Of a DNA stretch of 64,000 bases, positions 19,027-28,332 are shown piece after piece. Where the stretch lies: positions 12,092-76,091 of the forward strand of contig JAUSKF010000002.1 of the NCBI GenBank assembly GCA_030646995.1, written 5' to 3'. The notes under the pieces are model-generated. The model had not been told where the DNA came from, searched no databases, and saw nothing but the letters and a program-made list of their open reading frames with translations. Both the position numbers and the translations under genes were made by a program. Each line of letters opens with the position of its first letter. Positions within the stretch are counted from its first letter, which is position 1. Source of the stretch: a bacterium (GTDB taxonomy: Bacteria > Patescibacteriota > Minisyncoccia > UBA6257 > WO2-44-18).

Positions 19027-19082
19027 AGGGGCAGCAACTAGCCACTAGCCATTAGCGACTAGCACTACTATAATTATACAAT

Positions 19083-19547
19083 ATGGTAATGACTCTGAAG
19101 AAACCTCTTTTTTGGATTAGCGTTCTAGCTTTAGTTGGCTTGGGTTTAGTGATGGCGAATTACGCTTTCGGTTTCTGGCCATTCACTTCTCCAAAAATAA
19201 AAATCGTCTGGTCTCAAATTGGAGATATTCCCGCCGACTGTGGCAAGGGTTATGTTTTGCAGTCAATTAATCCGCGTATCTGCGTTTCGCTAATCACCGG
19301 ATCGGTTGCGCCTTCCAGTTCTGCTAGCGGCCCGGGATGCACGGGAAATGTCGGGGCCACCGGTCCGGGGCTCACTTCCGGTACCGCTATCTGTTCCGTG
19401 CTCTGCCCAGCAGGCAAAAAACCTCAGATCGTGAAATATACAGGCGTCGGCACGCCGTTCGTATCGTTTGATCAGGCGCAAGGGAAATATATTTGTAACG
19501 GTAAACCGACTGTCGGAGCGAGCAGTATTCAGTGCGAATGCCAATAG
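19083..19547 (+). CDS. Secreted Cys-rich protein, short member of a tandem paralogue family
   Basis: Signal peptide (…GLVMANYAFG|); the C-terminal ~100 aa aligns with the C-terminus of the next gene (CxxNVGATGPGLTSGTAICxxLC…GTP…GKxTVGxSSIxCxC). Confidence 0.6.
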   Translation: MVMTLKKPLFWISVLALVGLGLVMANYAFGFWPFTSPKIKIVWSQIGDIPADCGKGYVLQSINPRICVSLITGSVAPSSSASGPGCTGNVGATGPGLTSGTAICSVLCPAGKKPQIVKYTGVGTPFVSFDQAQGKYICNGKPTVGASSIQCECQ

Positions 19548-19572
19548 TTCGGCATGGTATAATAAAAAATAT

Positions 19573-20742
19573 ATGAAGTTAATTAAAAAACCTTTGTTTT
19601 GGACGAATGTTGTTTCCATTTCAGTAACCGGAGTAATGGTTGCCGGTCTAGCATTCGGCTGGACCAATCCAAAAGAAACTCCTCCGAACGGATCCGGAGA
19701 GGTAATCGTTACTTCAGACAGAAAAGTTGGCGTTGGCACTTTGTCGCCGACACAAAAATTAGATATTACCGGTTATCTGGTTGGCCGTTCGGGTTTTTGC
19801 TTGGGCAAAGATGATTTGACGGTTGTTCCCAGTCCAACTGCAGTTGATGGCCTATTCTCATTATCCAACACCGTTTCAGTAAGCTCCCACAGCACTACAG
19901 ATTCACGTGAACGAACTTTTCCATCTTCTCATAGCGTCTCTCTTAGCGCCATGCATGACACTTTATCCAGTGCTGGCTATACGGATAAAAGTACATTGAG
20001 GACTGCCAGTGAAAGTGGCGCAGTTACTCTACGTGACGCGGCGACAGAAAGTGGTATTACTACCAGTGTTACTAGCGCGGCGGGTACAGTCAGCACAGTT
20101 GCCTATAAGGCCGTTGGTTGTCGCACTACTTGGCCAGCTCCGGGAGTCGGAGTTGAAAAAACAGAAGGCGCGGAAATAGTTTCCGGATCAGGTTTATCAG
20201 TTATTAAAACAAAATCGTCAATTGCTACTTTTGGGACCCCAAGCGATCAAATCGTCAATAAAAACCGTTTAGCGAAATTCGCATCAGACAAGCGGGGGCA
20301 AGAGACAATCGGAAACGCTAATATTATTGATGATGGATCTACTGTATCGGTCACCAGTAATTTTTCTTTCAGCGGTAAGTTGGTTGGAGGCGCTGTACCG
20401 TGGGGCAATCTTTCAGAAATTCCCAAAATAGATTGTGGTGCCGGCAAGGTTTTGCAGGGCATCTTCCCAACAAAATGCGTCACTTTGTCCGCTGGCGCTC
20501 CGGCTCCAGCTCCGGCTCCAGCTCCCGGCCCGGCAACCTGCACTTCTTCTATACCCGCTACTGGCCCAGGTCCGACCAGTGGAACAGCAATTTGCGGTCT
20601 AACCTGTGCAACCGGAGCAAAAGTTGTCAGCTATATCGGCTCCGGCACTCCATATGCGGCCCTGACCACTCCACCGACCGGATATACCTGTAGTGGGAAA
20701 TATACCGTTGGACCCAGTAGCATCACCTGTTCTTGCTTATAA
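19573..20742 (+). CDS. Secreted Cys-rich surface protein (tail-fibre-like PTQKLD repeat region, AP-repeat linker, conserved C-terminal Cys domain)
   Basis: ATG 19573 (MKLIKKPLFW…) parallels the neighbours' N-termini; the track ORF start at 19468 is an upstream extension; AFG|WTNP signal cleavage motif; APAPAPAPAPGPA linker. Confidence 0.6.
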   Translation: MKLIKKPLFWTNVVSISVTGVMVAGLAFGWTNPKETPPNGSGEVIVTSDRKVGVGTLSPTQKLDITGYLVGRSGFCLGKDDLTVVPSPTAVDGLFSLSNTVSVSSHSTTDSRERTFPSSHSVSLSAMHDTLSSAGYTDKSTLRTASESGAVTLRDAATESGITTSVTSAAGTVSTVAYKAVGCRTTWPAPGVGVEKTEGAEIVSGSGLSVIKTKSSIATFGTPSDQIVNKNRLAKFASDKRGQETIGNANIIDDGSTVSVTSNFSFSGKLVGGAVPWGNLSEIPKIDCGAGKVLQGIFPTKCVTLSAGAPAPAPAPAPGPATCTSSIPATGPGPTSGTAICGLTCATGAKVVSYIGSGTPYAALTTPPTGYTCSGKYTVGPSSITCSCL

Positions 20743-20746
20743 AAAT

Positions 20747-21580
20747 ATGAAGATTAGAAATTTAGCCAACGTAATCTCTTTTTCAGTAGCGGGCTTAGTG
20801 ATTGCCGGAGTCGCTTTTGGCTGGACGAATCCAAGCGCTACTCCTCCGGACGTTGGTGGGGCTTTGAAAGTTGATTCAGCAACCGGCAATGTTGGCATTA
20901 ACTTGGGAACTGCTGCCCCGACCCAAAAATTGGACGTTGGTGGATATGTTAAAGGAAGAACTGGTCTTTGCATTGGAACTGGCGATGTTGTCGGTGTTGA
21001 TTGCCGAACCTCCTGGCCAACCGGAACCGGCAATGTCAGTGTTGTTGGTAGTGGAACTTCCGGAAAATTAACTAAATTCACCGGAGCAACGACTATTGGC
21101 AATTCTAATCTCACTGAAGGCTCTACCGGAAATATCAGTATCGGTGGGACTCCCGGGTCAACTTACAAGCTGGACGTTACCGGGAAGATCAATGGTACAG
21201 AGATCTGTATCGCCGGAGTCTGCAAGACCACATGGCCCTCCGGATTAACCGGCAGCGGTACGACCGGAAAAATTCCGAAATGGACAGGAGCCTCCTCTCT
21301 GGGAGATTCTTCATTGACTGAATCCGGAGGTATTACGAGCGTTGGCCCGACCAATGATCTTTCTGCCGATGGAAATATCTGGGGTTCGCAATCGAACACG
21401 AGCATAGGTCCTAGTGCCGCATATGGAACTCACCCTTGGATTGTTCCTGGTGGAGTTTACGGAGCTGGAACGGGAGGATGGGAATTAAAATGCCCAGATG
21501 GTCAATTTATGATTGGTATTACTCAAACAGTTAACAGCTCCAATTATCCTGGAGCTAAGATTCTCTGCGCCAAGCTCTAA
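20747..21580 (+). CDS. Secreted surface protein paralogue (Gly/Thr-rich beta-repeat region)
   Basis: MKIRNLANVISFSVAGLVIAGVAFGWTNPSATPP…; shares GNVGI…PTQKLDVGGY…GRTGLCIG and CRTSWP blocks with the previous gene. Confidence 0.6.
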   Translation: MKIRNLANVISFSVAGLVIAGVAFGWTNPSATPPDVGGALKVDSATGNVGINLGTAAPTQKLDVGGYVKGRTGLCIGTGDVVGVDCRTSWPTGTGNVSVVGSGTSGKLTKFTGATTIGNSNLTEGSTGNISIGGTPGSTYKLDVTGKINGTEICIAGVCKTTWPSGLTGSGTTGKIPKWTGASSLGDSSLTESGGITSVGPTNDLSADGNIWGSQSNTSIGPSAAYGTHPWIVPGGVYGAGTGGWELKCPDGQFMIGITQTVNSSNYPGAKILCAKL

Positions 21581-21599
21581 CCTGATATTTGCATAGGTT

Positions 21600-21628
21600 T
21601 TGACAGCCGGCTTTTAATTTCTTATAAT
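21600..21628 (+). promoter_or_regulatory. Sigma-70-like promoter of grpE-dnaK (TTGACA-17-TATAAT), giving a leaderless transcript
   Basis: TTGACA 21600-21605, 17-nt spacer, TATAAT 21623-21628, ATG at 21636 (7 nt downstream). Confidence 0.55.
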
Positions 21629-21635
21629 ATTGGCC

Positions 21636-22088
21636 ATGGCTACTATAGAGGTTCCCCAAGAAGGAGAATTAGAAAAATTAATCAAAGAAAAAGAGGAGTA
21701 CTTGAATGGCTGGAAAAGAGCAAAGGCTGACCTGATAAATTATCAAAAGGATGAATCTGTGCGGGCCCAGGAATTTATGAAGATTGCCAATACGGCCATA
21801 CTCCTTGATTTGATACCAATTTTAGACAGCTTCGATCTCGCAATGGCCGCTTCCCAATCTGATAAAAGCGCCGCGGTAATAAAATCTCAATTTGAGGAAG
21901 TTTTAAAAAGATATGGAGTAGAGAAAATATCTATTGAGCTTGGAAAGCCATTGGATACCAAAAGCCAGGAATCGGTAGGGGAGATGGAATCTAGTCACCC
22001 GCCGGGATCGGTAGCAGAGGAGGTAAGTAAGGGGTATGTAATGAATGGGAGGGTGATTCGTCCGGCAAAGGTTAAGGTCGCAAAATAA
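21636..22088 (+). CDS. grpE: Nucleotide exchange factor GrpE (short form)
   Basis: Coiled-coil N-terminus plus C-terminal beta-domain (…GYVMNGRVIRPAKVKVAK); directly upstream of dnaK; the ATG start implies leaderless mRNA. Confidence 0.8.
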   Translation: MATIEVPQEGELEKLIKEKEEYLNGWKRAKADLINYQKDESVRAQEFMKIANTAILLDLIPILDSFDLAMAASQSDKSAAVIKSQFEEVLKRYGVEKISIELGKPLDTKSQESVGEMESSHPPGSVAEEVSKGYVMNGRVIRPAKVKVAK

Positions 22089-22113
22089 CATTTAAACAAT
22101 TAGATATAAAAAT

Positions 22114-23979
22114 ATGGGGAAAATAATCGGCATAGATTTAGGCACTACCTATTCTGAAATAGCGATTACGGAAGCAGGTATACCGAAAATTCTAGAAAAC
22201 GCGGAAGGTATGCGCACCACGCCTTCAATGGTCGCGGTGAATAAAACTAATGAGCGATTGGCCGGACTTTTGGCTAAGCGGCAGGCGATTACTAACCCAA
22301 AGAACACTATTTTTTCGGTAAAGCGTTTAATCGGCCGGAAATTTAGTGACGCAGAAGTTCAGAACGATAAAAAATGGTTGCCTTATGAAATAAAGGAATC
22401 GGCAACTGGAGGCGTTGAGGTGAAGATGGGTGAAGATTGGTATAAGCCGGAAGAAATTTCCGCTATGGTTTTAGCTAAATTGAAAGCTGACGCTGAAGCA
22501 AAACTGGGAGAAAAAATAGATGGAGCGGTTATTACCGTACCTGCATATTTTGATGACAGCCAACGTCAGGCCACTAAAAACGCCGGTGAAATTGCCGGTT
22601 TTAAAGTAGAAAGAATCCTCAATGAGCCAACTGCGGCGGCGCTTGCGTATGGTTTGAATAAAAAGAAAGACGAAAAGATTGTTGTCTATGATTTTGGTGG
22701 AGGAACTTTTGACGTATCTGTGCTGGAAGTAGGGGAGGATAATGGCCAGATTACTGTAGAAGTTAAGGCCACCGGCGGAGATACCCACCTTGGAGGTGAT
22801 GACTTTGATAAGAGAATTATTGAGTATTTAGTTAATGAATATAAAAAGCTTGAAGGAGTGGATCTTTCTAAAGATGCGCTCGCCATTCAGCGCTTAAAAG
22901 AAGCGGCGGAGCGCGCCAAGCATGAGCTATCGGTATCTTTTGAGACTGAAATAAATTTACCCTACGTTACCTCTGATGCTTCCGGACCGCGTCATTTCCT
23001 GATGAAATTTAGCCGAACCAAACTCGAAGAGTTAGTGAGAGGATTAATTGATACTTCAATTTCAATTCTGGATAAAACCATTAAGGAGGCGGGGTATACT
23101 ACGGCCAATATAAACGAGATAGTGCTGGTTGGCGGCCAGACTAGAATGCCCGCAATGCAGGAGGCAGTGAAAAAGTACTTTGGCCGTGAGCCGCATAAAG
23201 AATTAAATCCTGACGAAGTAGTGGCGCTTGGCGCTGCGGTGCAGGCGGAAAATCTATCTGCGAAAGCTGAAGGCCGGACTTCTGAAGGCTCCGTGAAAGA
23301 CATTCTTTTGCTCGACGTTACACCACTTTCTCTTGGTATTGAAACGCTCGGCGGAGTTTTCACTAAACTTATTGATAAAAACACTACCGTTCCAACCACT
23401 AAAGCGCAGGTATTCTCTACCGCTGCGGATAATCAGCCATCCGTGGAAATTCACGTTTTGCAGGGAGAGCGCGAAATCGCTTCGGGAAATAAAACCTTGG
23501 CCAGATTTATGCTGGATGGAATCCCTCCGGCTCCTCGAGGAACCCCGCAGGTTGAAGTTAGCTTTGACATTGACGCTAATGGAATCGTGAGTGTTTCTGC
23601 AAAAGACAAAGCTAGCGGTAAAACCCAAACTGTTCGTATTGAAGCGAATACCAGCTTATCCAAAGAGGAAATCGAAAAACTGAAGGCGGAGGCGGTGCAA
23701 TATGCCGCTGAAGACCGGCAGAAAAAAGAATTAGCAGAAGCAAAAAATAATGCGGAGCATCTGATTTATGCTTCGGAAAAGGCTCTTAAAGACGGCGGCG
23801 AAAAAGTTCCGGCAGATGTTAAAGAGGCAATCACTAAAAAAATTGAGGCTGTGAAAGCGGTCAAAGATGGGCAGGATGCCGCTATGATCAAAACTGCTTC
23901 CGATGCTCTTTCCGTTGAAATTCAGAAAATCGGTCAGGCAATGTATGGCAACCCGCCTAAAGAACCAGAGGCTAAGTAG
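22114..23979 (+). CDS. dnaK: Molecular chaperone DnaK (Hsp70)
   Basis: [27 protein letters not shown] Hsp70 signatures; 621 aa. Confidence 0.95.
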   Translation: MGKIIGIDLGTTYSEIAITEAGIPKILENAEGMRTTPSMVAVNKTNERLAGLLAKRQAITNPKNTIFSVKRLIGRKFSDAEVQNDKKWLPYEIKESATGGVEVKMGEDWYKPEEISAMVLAKLKADAEAKLGEKIDGAVITVPAYFDDSQRQATKNAGEIAGFKVERILNEPTAAALAYGLNKKKDEKIVVYDFGGGTFDVSVLEVGEDNGQITVEVKATGGDTHLGGDDFDKRIIEYLVNEYKKLEGVDLSKDALAIQRLKEAAERAKHELSVSFETEINLPYVTSDASGPRHFLMKFSRTKLEELVRGLIDTSISILDKTIKEAGYTTANINEIVLVGGQTRMPAMQEAVKKYFGREPHKELNPDEVVALGAAVQAENLSAKAEGRTSEGSVKDILLLDVTPLSLGIETLGGVFTKLIDKNTTVPTTKAQVFSTAADNQPSVEIHVLQGEREIASGNKTLARFMLDGIPPAPRGTPQVEVSFDIDANGIVSVSAKDKASGKTQTVRIEANTSLSKEEIEKLKAEAVQYAAEDRQKKELAEAKNNAEHLIYASEKALKDGGEKVPADVKEAITKKIEAVKAVKDGQDAAMIKTASDALSVEIQKIGQAMYGNPPKEPEAK

Positions 23980-24009
23980 GGATAATGTATAATTAACTCA
24001 TAGCTCGCA

Positions 24010-24939
24010 ATGCACAATAACTTCTCAGTTAAGGTGCTCTTTATAACCTCTTTACCGGTCGTATCGGCGTTTTTGTTTGGTGTTTTCTTCAAAAACTTCA
24101 TTAGTTCCGCCCATTTGGGTATTTTTGTAGTCGCGATAGTAATGGGTTTGGTATTTCTGGCTGCTGTAATTGTATTCAACATTCTAGAGGGAGATTGGGT
24201 GATTTCCTCCGTGAGTTCCGGCTTATCGGCAGCAGCAATGACTGTGTCGTTTTTGGGTAGCGCCTCAATGATTCTTTTCTCCGGCACCCTAATCGCTTTC
24301 TGTTTGATATTTTTCTCAAACCGGCGAACTCAATTCTCTGTGCAAAATAATCTGAAAGTTAAGTTTTGGGGAATGGCGAGTACATCGGCAAGTTTTGCCT
24401 CATCCGGAATTTCTATTTTTGCTATCTTGGCCTATCTGTCATTATTTAATTTTTCCGATCCGGCCTCGCTAAAAAAGACTTTGGAGGTAGCAATTAAACC
24501 GATGGAGCCGATTTTTTCCAGCTACATACCCGGTTTTACTATCCGCCACACCATCACACAGATTGCCGCCAGTCTTTTACCCGATGATTTAAAACTCGCC
24601 CCAGCAGAAATAAAGAGTCAGGTGATTCAGCAGGCCTCTGATCGGCTGATGGTTATCTTGGGAAATTACATTAAAATACCGGTTTCCGGCGGAGATAAGG
24701 TTATTGATATAGTTTATAAGGCTACGCTGGGGAAAATATTAAATTATTCCCCACTGGTGAGAAACTTAATTTTGGTAGCAGCGGGATTCATTATTTTCCT
24801 ACTTTTGAAATTTATTTTGATTTTTGTTAATTGGCTGGCGATTGCTTTGGCGTATGGAATTTATAGCTTGCTACTTAGTTTAAAATTTTTCGAAATTCAA
24901 TTGCAGAGTATAGATAAAGAAGTTATAGTTATCAAATAA
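24010..24939 (+). CDS. Hypothetical polytopic membrane protein inserted between dnaK and dnaJ
   Basis: 309 aa with ~8 hydrophobic segments; no motif; start uncertain. Confidence 0.45.
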   Translation: MHNNFSVKVLFITSLPVVSAFLFGVFFKNFISSAHLGIFVVAIVMGLVFLAAVIVFNILEGDWVISSVSSGLSAAAMTVSFLGSASMILFSGTLIAFCLIFFSNRRTQFSVQNNLKVKFWGMASTSASFASSGISIFAILAYLSLFNFSDPASLKKTLEVAIKPMEPIFSSYIPGFTIRHTITQIAASLLPDDLKLAPAEIKSQVIQQASDRLMVILGNYIKIPVSGGDKVIDIVYKATLGKILNYSPLVRNLILVAAGFIIFLLLKFILIFVNWLAIALAYGIYSLLLSLKFFEIQLQSIDKEVIVIK

Positions 24940-24940
24940 A

Positions 24941-26041
24941 ATGAAGGATTATTACAAGATTTTGGGAGTTGAGCGGGGCGCCACCGAGGACGACATCAAG
25001 AAAGCCTACCGAAAGCTGGCCCATCAATACCATCCGGATAAATCCGGAGGCAGCGCCGACAAATTTAAAGAAATAAATGAGGCTTATCAAATACTGTCCA
25101 ACAAGGAGAAGAAGGAGCAATTTGATCGCTTTGGCCGGGTTCACGATGGGCAAACGGGTGGCTCTCCGTTTGGAAATGGCTCACCCTTTGGCAGTAATTT
25201 TGAGTTCGGCTTTGGTTTTGACCCGAGCAATATTGATGATATGGGTAATGTCAGTGAAATATTTGAGGCCTTCTTTGAAGGAATGGGTGTGAAAAAACGT
25301 AATAATTACCGACGAGGCTCTGATGTAGAATTTATCCAAGAACTTACCCTCGAAGAAGCTTTTCGAGGCACGGAAAAGCTAATTAGAACTAAGATATACT
25401 CCGTCTGTGAGGCCTGCACCGGCATCGGCTATGACAAAACTGCCGGCACGACCGAATGCGCTACTTGCAGTGGCCGGGGCGAGATAAAAGAAAGCCGGAA
25501 TACTTTTTTCGGTAATTTTGCGCAGGTAAAAACTTGCCCGAAATGTGTAGGTTCAGGGCAGGTGCCAAATAAGCCTTGCGATAAATGCGGGAATGCCGGT
25601 CGTGTCCTTTCCAGTCGGGAAATTACCGTAGAGATTACTCCGGGAGTCAGTGATGACCAATTGATTAAGATTACTAAGGCTGGTGAAGCGGGAGAGCGCG
25701 GCGCAGAGGCTGGTGATTTGTATGTACGGATAAGAATTGCGCCGCATAAAATTTTTGAGCGTCGGGGCGACGACTTGGTTACTAAGAAGCAGGTTGATCT
25801 GGTGAACGTCCTGCTTGGCGAGAAGATTGAAATTTTCACTATTGGCGGAAATAAACTCCATGTTGAAATCCCCGCGGGAATTAGTTTGAAAGATAAAATG
25901 CGTATTCCGGGAGAAGGAATGAATCGTTTTGGTGGCCGTGGCCGAGGAGATTTGTATGTGGAGTGGGATATTAAAACTCCAAAAAAAGTAAGCTCGAAAG
26001 TTAAAAAGCTTCTCGAGGAATTGAAAGACGAACTGAACTAA
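24941..26041 (+). CDS. dnaJ: Molecular chaperone DnaJ
   Basis: J domain (YYKILGV…HPDK), G/F region and 4 CxxCxGxG zinc-finger repeats. Confidence 0.9.
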   Translation: MKDYYKILGVERGATEDDIKKAYRKLAHQYHPDKSGGSADKFKEINEAYQILSNKEKKEQFDRFGRVHDGQTGGSPFGNGSPFGSNFEFGFGFDPSNIDDMGNVSEIFEAFFEGMGVKKRNNYRRGSDVEFIQELTLEEAFRGTEKLIRTKIYSVCEACTGIGYDKTAGTTECATCSGRGEIKESRNTFFGNFAQVKTCPKCVGSGQVPNKPCDKCGNAGRVLSSREITVEITPGVSDDQLIKITKAGEAGERGAEAGDLYVRIRIAPHKIFERRGDDLVTKKQVDLVNVLLGEKIEIFTIGGNKLHVEIPAGISLKDKMRIPGEGMNRFGGRGRGDLYVEWDIKTPKKVSSKVKKLLEELKDELN

Positions 26042-26076
26042 CTCCGCTGGCTAAACCCTGCCTACGGCAGGCAGAC

Positions 26077-27744
26077 CTAGTCGCTATTTTTGAACACTCT
26101 AGCTGTTTTCAAATACCAAGCAGCCACGTTATCGAATCGATTCGAAGAATAAGCAATAGGGTCCTCGGCGAAACCGCCTAGTTTTTTTGACACCGCGTAA
26201 ATGTAATCGGGGGAGTAGAGGAACACTGCGGCTTTTGCCTCATAAATAGTTTTTTGAATCTTGGACATATTTTGATTACGGATGGATTCATCCAGGGCTT
26301 GCCTGGTATTTTCTAATAAAGTATCAACGGCTTTATCGTTGAGCAATGAAAGATTCAGGCCCGGATCAAAACGCTGCGATGAATGCCAGAAAGAAAAAAT
26401 GTCGGGAGTTTTATTTAAAGTGTTGCCGAATAGAATCATTTGGTAGTTTCTCGGCTTGATTATGCCGTTGATGATATCGGCCGATTTCAAAACTGCAGGA
26501 TTAATTTTAACTCCAATTTTCGCCCAAGACTCTTTTAGGGCATTGGCGGTTTCCACCAAAAAACGGGCTTCGGGTAAAACTAAATCAAATTCCAAAATCA
26601 CTTTGCTTTTTTGAATCAGCTTTTCCCGGATTCCTTTATCGTTTAACTTCCAGCCGGCCTTTTCCAAAGCCTGATTGGCCTTTTCTATCGAAAATTCCTG
26701 GCTGGAATATACGGATGCATCATATCCGGAAACACTTGATGGAATGGGTCCATAAGCGACGGTTCCATATCCACCCAAAACTTCAGACACCAAGCTTTGA
26801 TTATCGGTGGCTAGGCTAAGAGCGTTACGGACGTCTTTTTCTTTCAAAGAAAGCCCGGTATTCGGGTTCAAGAAAACCGCGTAATATCTGGAACGAGATG
26901 GAGAAAATACACTATGGCCAATTTTTATTCCGTTTAGGTCGTCTATTTCTAATCCGCCGATGCCATCAATACCCTTTATATTGAAAGCCTTTAATGCATC
27001 TTCTTTGTTGGGAAAAAATTTAACTGTGAAATTTTTAATGAAAGGTTTTGTGAGAGAATAATTTTTGTTGGCAATTAAGTTGTATTGCTCAATAAAGCCA
27101 TCAGGCCGTTTTTCGTAATTAACGAATTTATAGGGACCGCTTCCGATCGGCTTCAAACCATATTCGGATAAGCGAAAATTTTGCGGAGGAATGCCGTCGT
27201 ATATATGTTTAGGCGCAATCCTCAAATTTTTCATGTTCTCCAAGAAGAAGGCGTAGGTATTTTTTAAAGACAGATGTAACTCCAGTTCACTAACCCTTTC
27301 TATGGTCACGCCCTGCCATGTCGCAAAAAGAGGGGATCGGGCCTCCGGATCCTGCACCATATTGATAGTGAAAATCACGTCGTCGCTGGTCAGCGGGGCG
27401 CCATCGCTCCATTTTAAGTCAGGTCGCAAAGTGACCGTCCAGTTTTTCTGGTCGGTATCCGCTTCGCGTTTTTCGGAAATATCATAGAGGCTGGCGAAAA
27501 GTAGAGTAATCAGGTCGCGGTCGGCCTCATTGTCTCCCGAGATTAAAGGATTAATAGCGACCGGCTGACCGATAACACCTTCAACATAATTCCCGCCCTC
27601 TACCGGCTGGGCATCGGTATTTTGGTAATACCAAACCAGACTGAATGCGATTGAAGCTACGGCAAAAACCATCAAAGCTCCGCCGAAGAGTTTTTGCTCT
27701 GCGCCAGAAAAAGACCGCCAGATTTTTAAAAGCTTATAAAACAA
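26077..27744 (-). CDS. ABC transporter substrate-binding protein, family 5 (oligopeptide/nickel-type), N-terminal TM anchor
   Basis: 555 aa; SBP_bac_5-like architecture and conserved blocks (…YDISEKREADTD…, …NPNTGL…). Confidence 0.7.
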   Translation of the reverse strand: MFYKLLKIWRSFSGAEQKLFGGALMVFAVASIAFSLVWYYQNTDAQPVEGGNYVEGVIGQPVAINPLISGDNEADRDLITLLFASLYDISEKREADTDQKNWTVTLRPDLKWSDGAPLTSDDVIFTINMVQDPEARSPLFATWQGVTIERVSELELHLSLKNTYAFFLENMKNLRIAPKHIYDGIPPQNFRLSEYGLKPIGSGPYKFVNYEKRPDGFIEQYNLIANKNYSLTKPFIKNFTVKFFPNKEDALKAFNIKGIDGIGGLEIDDLNGIKIGHSVFSPSRSRYYAVFLNPNTGLSLKEKDVRNALSLATDNQSLVSEVLGGYGTVAYGPIPSSVSGYDASVYSSQEFSIEKANQALEKAGWKLNDKGIREKLIQKSKVILEFDLVLPEARFLVETANALKESWAKIGVKINPAVLKSADIINGIIKPRNYQMILFGNTLNKTPDIFSFWHSSQRFDPGLNLSLLNDKAVDTLLENTRQALDESIRNQNMSKIQKTIYEAKAAVFLYSPDYIYAVSKKLGGFAEDPIAYSSNRFDNVAAWYLKTARVFKNSD

Positions 27745-27952
27745 GGTTTAAGAGAGCGAGACCTGCAAAGGCAAAAGCCACCACGATAGTTAAGCCAAAA
27801 ATTGCTTTTTCGAATCCACGGCGGGTTTGATAAAAGCCGCCGTCACTACCTCCGAAAATACCTAAGCCACCAGTGGAAGAGCGCTCTTGAAGTAGAATCA
27901 AGATGATTAATATAACCGAAACTAATATTTGAGCTAATGTCATTATATTCAT
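27734..27952 (-). CDS. secG: Preprotein translocase subunit SecG
   Basis: 2-TM 72-aa protein with LLQERSSTGGLGIFGGSDGG Gly-rich loop typical of SecG. Confidence 0.7.
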   Translation of the reverse strand: MNIMTLAQILVSVILIILILLQERSSTGGLGIFGGSDGGFYQTRRGFEKAIFGLTIVVAFAFAGLALLNLVL

Positions 27953-27955
27953 AGT

Positions 27956-28327
27956 TTATTTGAAAGCTTTAGCTCCATAGGAGATAGTCGCGTTCACCGC
28001 TCCAATCACTATAGTCGCCAAAACCAAAGGTATTAATCCACTTATTGTAAGCCCCGAAGAGAAAATGTCAACCAAATAGATAAGGGCGCCGTTCAGCACA
28101 AAACCTAAGATTCCCATCGTTAGCCAGATTAGAGGTTTGAGCATAAAGCGCAAAATGGGTAGGACGAACGAGTTAGCGAGGGTCAAAAGGACTACGACGA
28201 TCGCGATTCCCATCCAATCATCGGTAACCGCGAACCCCGAGATTAAGTACTCCGCCGCCAATAAAGCCGCTAAGTTAGAACCGAGGCTAATTAATATGCT
28301 AATCATTACTTTATTATACCATCCCAC
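27956..28327 (-). CDS. DUF360/phage-holin-4-like membrane protein
   Basis: 4 TM helices with repeated …ISGF…/…LPILRF… pattern resembling the DUF360 (Phage_holin_4_2) family. Confidence 0.5.
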   Translation of the reverse strand: MGWYNKVMISILISLGSNLAALLAAEYLISGFAVTDDWMGIAIVVVLLTLANSFVLPILRFMLKPLIWLTMGILGFVLNGALIYLVDIFSSGLTISGLIPLVLATIVIGAVNATISYGAKAFK

Positions 28328-28332
28328 TTAAT

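Noticed and set aside
20500-20540. gctccggctccagctccggctccagctccc microsatellite-like repeat
   Set aside because: It is in-frame and encodes an (AP)n linker inside the secreted protein at 19573-20742. It is a low-complexity coding repeat, not a separate element.
22114-26041. Numerous antisense or out-of-frame ORFs inside dnaK, dnaJ, groEL, fusA, tuf, the copper ATPase and the NirK-like gene
   Set aside because: The overlapping frames with canonical protein signatures account for the coding potential.
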